Source: Candidatus Aenigmatarchaeota archaeon
GTDB lineage: Archaea > Aenigmatarchaeota > Aenigmatarchaeia > QMZP01 > QMZT01
Assembly: GCA_026397315.1 (NCBI GenBank)
Contig: JAPLVC010000006.1
Location: 64,001 to 128,000, forward strand
Length of the DNA stretch: 64,000 nucleotides
Direction of reading: 5' to 3'
The position numbers and the translations under genes are program-made. A model generated the notes under the pieces. That model worked only from the letters and a program-made list of their open reading frames with translations, was not told where the DNA came from and searched no databases. Of this stretch, positions 59,674 through 64,000 are shown piece after piece (the stretch's first letter is position 1; every line of letters begins with the position of its first letter).

Positions 59674-60405
59674 TTACGGTTTATCGAGTGTTTCGAGAAA
59701 CTCTTTTTCAAGGAAGTGCAGCTTGCCCGGGATTATTATGACTGCAGGCGCGGGCAGTTCTATGTCCGCCAGGTCGCTGGTTTTGCCGTAAATGACGCGC
59801 TCGTTCTCGGAGCCGAGCGCCGAGCATATGACCGCCTCTTTCAGCAGGCTGCTCTTCTTCGCACTCTCGATGGAGAACAGGATGTCGAAAGCCTGCTTTG
59901 TTCCCATGTTTACGTCCAGCAGCATGAGCGTGTGCAGTCCCTGTTTCTGGTTCTCGGCAAGAGCGTCGTAGAAGCCTTCGCTAGCGTAACCCTTCGCAGG
60001 CGTTATTACGGTCGCCGTCCTGCCGAACTTGTACAGCTGAAGGCCGCTCTTCGCGATGGCAGTGTAAATCGATGAAGCATGCACGACTTCGTAATCAACT
60101 TTCTTCTGTTTGCATTCCATCACCAGATGGACGTGCGTCGTCGCAGTTAGCGGGTCGCCAGGCGCTAGCAACGCGACGTGCTTCGTCTTCGCTTCCTCGA
60201 TGAGCTTGGCTGAATCGTCTTCGACGTCGGAGCGCTCGACGACCTGAATTTTTTTACCTACAAGCTTCTCCAGCTTCGCCAGGTCGCCTCCCCACGCGGC
60301 CGTGTAGAGCTCGCAGTAGAGCTTGTCCGCACGCTTGCAGGCTTCGATGCCGCGAATCGAAATGTCACGCTCGTCCCATATGCCAAGGCCTATCAATGAA
60401 AGCAT
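59674..60405 (-). CDS. dph5: Diphthine synthase
   Basis: LIGLGI, GDPLTATTH, SGLQLYKFGRT, GLHTLMLLD, PGKLHFLE. Confidence 0.95.
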   Translation of the reverse strand: MLSLIGLGIWDERDISIRGIEACKRADKLYCELYTAAWGGDLAKLEKLVGKKIQVVERSDVEDDSAKLIEEAKTKHVALLAPGDPLTATTHVHLVMECKQKKVDYEVVHASSIYTAIAKSGLQLYKFGRTATVITPAKGYASEGFYDALAENQKQGLHTLMLLDVNMGTKQAFDILFSIESAKKSSLLKEAVICSALGSENERVIYGKTSDLADIELPAPAVIIIPGKLHFLEKEFLETLDKP

Positions 60406-60461
60406 GAATAGAATTTCATTCGCGATTTTAATAGTTTTAAACCTTTGAGTGAAATCTGAAT

Positions 60462-61748
60462 ATGGCAGCTCACAACGATCTTTTCATGGCGACTCTTGAC
60501 AACGACGCGGGTTTCGACCTGGGCGATTTCGCCAGGAAAAGCGGCAAGAAAGCTTATTTCACGTGGCACGTCGATGAAGGCGGGGGCAGCATAAACTCCT
60601 CACCTGTCATAAAGGGCAGTCACGTTTACATCGCCTCTCTCGACGGCTACATTTACAAACTTGAAAAAGCAGACGGAAAACTGGTGTGGAAATTCAAGGC
60701 TGGCGGCATGTTCAGTGACGCTCATCCTGTCATAAAGGACGGCATAATCTATCTCGGCTGCTATGATCACAACATGTATGCTATCGACGAAACGACGGGC
60801 GAGGAGCTCTGGAGGTTCAGGACCGGCGGCAAGATAGACGGTTCGACCGTTCTACTGATTGACGACATGGCGATATTCAGTTCAAGGGATTATTACGTTT
60901 ATTCCATACACCGGAAAACCGGCAAGATGATATGGGCTTTCAGGACCGGCGGCTGGTCGTATTCCTGCCCAACCGAACACGAAGGTAAAATATTAGTCAG
61001 CTCCTCGGACGGCAACATGTATTGCCTTAGCAAAGAAGGCAGAGAGATCTGGAGATTCAAAACGGGCGGCAATATTTTCATGCAGGACAGGCTATGCATA
61101 CGCGATGGCGTAGCTTATTTCGGTTCGGATGATTTCAACGTATACGGCGTGCGGCTTTCGGATGGCAAAGAAGCCTGGCGCTTCAGGTGCGGCAGCTACG
61201 TGAATGTCATGCCGACAATACATGACGGCATTATTTACATATCATCTGACGACGAGAATTTCTATGCAGTCGACCTGGCCACGGCAAGAACAATCTGGAA
61301 GTTCAGGATGGGCGAGCGTGCGGCCGGCAGCATGCCGGTCATACTTGGAAACAACGTGATATTCGGCTCCGCCGACCACAACGTGTATTGTCTTGATGCA
61401 AAGACCGGCAAAGAGGTCTGGCGCTTCAAAACTTACGGCCACATTTTCGGTGAGACTGTGATTGAGAACGGCAGAATATACGTGCCTTCATACGACTGCC
61501 ATCTTTATTGCATCACTATCGATGGCGAACTGATATGGAAGTTCCGCACGTCCACCATTAGGCAGAGCACATACAAATACGAAGAGGAAACCGTCATCGA
61601 ATTCAACGCGCCCAAATTCGAGGAAACTGCAGACGAGAAAGAAGATAGGTATGCAGTCAGTGCTGAAAACGTCGTGAGCCACGATTACGCCTTCAAGAGC
61701 GAGTACTCTTTCAAATCAGAATATCAGACCAAGAGCGAGTACGCCTGA
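60462..61748 (+). CDS. PQQ-like (BamB-type) beta-propeller repeat protein, no signal peptide
   Basis: About 8 repeats of G..(I/L)W(R/K)F.(T)GG...SP....G.(I/V)Y..S.D...Y. Confidence 0.88.
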   Translation: MAAHNDLFMATLDNDAGFDLGDFARKSGKKAYFTWHVDEGGGSINSSPVIKGSHVYIASLDGYIYKLEKADGKLVWKFKAGGMFSDAHPVIKDGIIYLGCYDHNMYAIDETTGEELWRFRTGGKIDGSTVLLIDDMAIFSSRDYYVYSIHRKTGKMIWAFRTGGWSYSCPTEHEGKILVSSSDGNMYCLSKEGREIWRFKTGGNIFMQDRLCIRDGVAYFGSDDFNVYGVRLSDGKEAWRFRCGSYVNVMPTIHDGIIYISSDDENFYAVDLATARTIWKFRMGERAAGSMPVILGNNVIFGSADHNVYCLDAKTGKEVWRFKTYGHIFGETVIENGRIYVPSYDCHLYCITIDGELIWKFRTSTIRQSTYKYEEETVIEFNAPKFEETADEKEDRYAVSAENVVSHDYAFKSEYSFKSEYQTKSEYA

Positions 61749-62951
61749 TTACTTGCTGAACAGTATCTCTATCACGTCGCCGTCCTTCACTTCGTGCTCC
61801 GCGCCCAACTTGCGTTTCGTCTCGAAATCGACGCCGCCGATGAATTTGGCCGCCATCTCGCTGTGAACCTTAGCTGCAAAATCCTTGAGCGTCGTTCCTC
61901 TCGGCACGAGCAGCGCGTCGGGAAGAACGGTCCCCTTTTTATCCGTCATTTTATTCACATTCGCTACCGGATAGACGACGATGTGGTCGAGCAGCTCGAA
62001 CACCGCTTTGTCCACGCATTCCTGCACGCCGGTCGAGCCGAACTTTTCCAGTATGTTGTGCTTCACGAATTCCAGCGCCTTCTTCTGCCTGTCGCTGAGC
62101 TTGTCCGGTTCGAGTATTTCAAAACTATTGCATCCTGGAAGATATTTTATCAGGTCGTGCTTGTCCGCCTCCCTGAGGGCGAGTTCGCTTTCGGCTGAGC
62201 ACGGTATTATAGTATAATTAGGAAACTCCTCTTTCAGGCACTCTATGTTTTTGTCCGCGCCCGGCATGTCTATCTTGTTCGCCGCGATTATCATGCGCTT
62301 CGAAAGCTTGCGCAGCTCGAAGGCGAATTTGCAGAGGTCATCGTCGCTCCACCGTGTGGGCGAAGTTTCATACAAATTGAATTTTTCAAGCACCTTCAGT
62401 ATCTGATCCTCTGTTATCTTCAGGCCTGAAAACTGCTGGAAAAGCGAGTCGAGTATGTTTTTTTTGTTCATCTCCACGTCTTTCGAGAATTTCGACCAGT
62501 TCTTTTTCAGCATGCCGTAAAACCAGTAGCCTATTTCCTCCTCGAGAAAGCGGACGTCGTTAGCGGGGTCGTAGCTGCCGCAGGCGACGGATTCGCCGTT
62601 CTCGTTCGTCGAGCCTGACGCGTCTATGACGTGGATGAACGCGTCCGCCTGTCTCAGGTCATCGAGAAATTTCAGGCCGAGGCCTTTGCCGGCGTGCGCG
62701 CCCGGGACGAGGCCAGCGACATCAAGAAGCTCGGTAGGCACGAAGCGCATGCCCTGTTTGCAATAGCCGACCTTGGGCTTGCACTGCGTCGCTATTTTCA
62801 CGTCCGGACATTTGACCTTGACGTATCCCATGGCGTGGTTAGGTTCAATCGTCGTGAAAACACGGTTCGATATTTCGACGTCCACGAGCGTGAGCGCCTT
62901 TAGAAGAGTTGATTTGCCAACGTTCGTTTTTCCCACAATCCCAATTAGCAT
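61749..62951 (-). CDS. Obg-family YchF-like NTPase with TGS domain
   Basis: GKTNVGKST, FTTIEPN, DVAGLVPGA, ANKID. Confidence 0.93.
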   Translation of the reverse strand: MLIGIVGKTNVGKSTLLKALTLVDVEISNRVFTTIEPNHAMGYVKVKCPDVKIATQCKPKVGYCKQGMRFVPTELLDVAGLVPGAHAGKGLGLKFLDDLRQADAFIHVIDASGSTNENGESVACGSYDPANDVRFLEEEIGYWFYGMLKKNWSKFSKDVEMNKKNILDSLFQQFSGLKITEDQILKVLEKFNLYETSPTRWSDDDLCKFAFELRKLSKRMIIAANKIDMPGADKNIECLKEEFPNYTIIPCSAESELALREADKHDLIKYLPGCNSFEILEPDKLSDRQKKALEFVKHNILEKFGSTGVQECVDKAVFELLDHIVVYPVANVNKMTDKKGTVLPDALLVPRGTTLKDFAAKVHSEMAAKFIGGVDFETKRKLGAEHEVKDGDVIEILFSK

Positions 62952-63058
62952 GAAATCACTAAGAATAATCGGATTCGGGTTTAAAATGGTTTACATAGAT
63001 GTCAAATGATAATCAGGAAATTATTGAGCATTTTAAATACTAAAAATATCAGATAAGT

Positions 63059-63454
63059 ATGAAAAAACACGATGAAAATAAAGAAATGGAAAGTCATTTA
63101 AAACAATATAACATTTATGCTGGAAATTTGAGAAATTGGTTTGTTGGTTATGGTATCGGAGCATTGGTTCTGTTCATAACACAAAAAGAATTTTTTTCTA
63201 CGCTTAGCCTTTCTGAAAAAAATTCAATATTAATATCCATAGCGATTGGAATTTTTTTGCAAATATTCATTTCAATGTGGAATAAATATACACAATGGTT
63301 AAGTTATCAACAAATACATCGTTCTCTTGTAAATAGCAAATTGCACAAAATAGCAGGACGAATCACGAGAGTGTGGCAGATTGATTTTATTTGCGATGCA
63401 CTCACATTAATCGCGTTTGCCTATGCTCTAATCGTTGCTCTTAAAATTATTTGA
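63059..63454 (+). CDS. Hypothetical 3-TM protein (AT-rich)
   Basis: Low-GC ORF with own TTTTAAA box. Confidence 0.6.
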   Translation: MKKHDENKEMESHLKQYNIYAGNLRNWFVGYGIGALVLFITQKEFFSTLSLSEKNSILISIAIGIFLQIFISMWNKYTQWLSYQQIHRSLVNSKLHKIAGRITRVWQIDFICDALTLIAFAYALIVALKII

Positions 63455-64000
63455 CTTTGCCGTCTATCTTCTTGTCGACTTGGATTTCACCATCGCTCGT
63501 CTTGAGTGGCTTGTCCTTGTAATACGCTTTTCCATCCTTTGCTACGAGTTCGAATTTCGCGAAGTCCTTGATGGTCAGCTCTTTCGCCGGCCGCTTTTCG
63601 ACGTCGTCGATGACGACGTGCGCGCCCGGCTTGTCTTTCGAAAAGAGAACTCCGACGTCTTTCCCGTCGTCCGCCGCCAGCAGCATGCCCTCGGATTCGA
63701 TGCCTTTCAGATTCGCTTTCTTCAGGTTGCACACGACGACGATGTGCTTGCCTTTCAGGTCGCTTTTCGAATACTTGTCTTTCAGGCCCGCGACAAGCGT
63801 CCGCTTTTCGTCGCCCAGGTCGATAGTCAGAATGTAGAGCTTCTCCGCCTGCGGATGGTCTTCGACTTTCTCGACTTTCGCCACTCGCAGGTCGAGCGTC
63901 GCGAACGCGTCTGAGAATTCGACTCTCTCAATTTTCCGGAAAAGGATTTCCGGCTTGTTTATCTTGTGGTTTTCCAGCGTCTCCCTGAAGTCGTCCCATT
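63447..64000 (-). CDS. metG: Methionine--tRNA ligase, C-terminal part (5' end outside window)
   Basis: KPEILFRKIE followed by Trbp111-like domain FATLDLRVAKV...HPQAEKLY...NLKKANLKGIESEGMLLAA. Confidence 0.88.
   Translation of the reverse strand, partial: WDDFRETLENHKINKPEILFRKIERVEFSDAFATLDLRVAKVEKVEDHPQAEKLYILTIDLGDEKRTLVAGLKDKYSKSDLKGKHIVVVCNLKKANLKGIESEGMLLAADDGKDVGVLFSKDKPGAHVVIDDVEKRPAKELTIKDFAKFELVAKDGKAYYKDKPLKTSDGEIQVDKKIDGKVK

Overview
This is a core-genome window of an archaeon, very probably DPANN (Aenigmarchaeota-like). That assignment is an inference from the divergent 16S/23S, leaderless genes and rearranged ribosomal operons. The window contains pyrBI, transporters, proS, a 16S-tRNA(Ala)-23S operon, RNase P RNA, four tRNA genes, several rearranged ribosomal-protein clusters, a compact redox/oxidative-stress cluster, ATP-type PEP carboxykinase, a glycosyltransferase block next to the S-layer gene, EF-2, dph5 and the 3' end of metG. 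No CRISPR array, transposase or integrase is visible. The unusual biology is mostly in the RNA. (1) There are eight bulge-helix-bulge (BHB)-type introns: six in the four tRNAs, one in the 16S 1492R primer site and one in 23S helix 89. (2) The tRNA-Pro intron is a copy of a ~70-nt palindromic element that also occurs free-standing at 59272-59341 and, truncated, just downstream of the same tRNA. A second intron/flank match links tRNA-Lys and tRNA-Cys. Together these suggest a REP/MITE-like family that seeds tRNA introns. (3) No canonical 5S rRNA follows the 23S; instead there is a separately promoted ~86-nt Y-shaped RNA. (4) Normally highly conserved ribosome positions (peptidyl-transferase centre, sarcin-ricin loop, central pseudoknot, uS12 PNSA and GDxP motifs) are substituted together. 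All calls come from manual reading, with no database searches.
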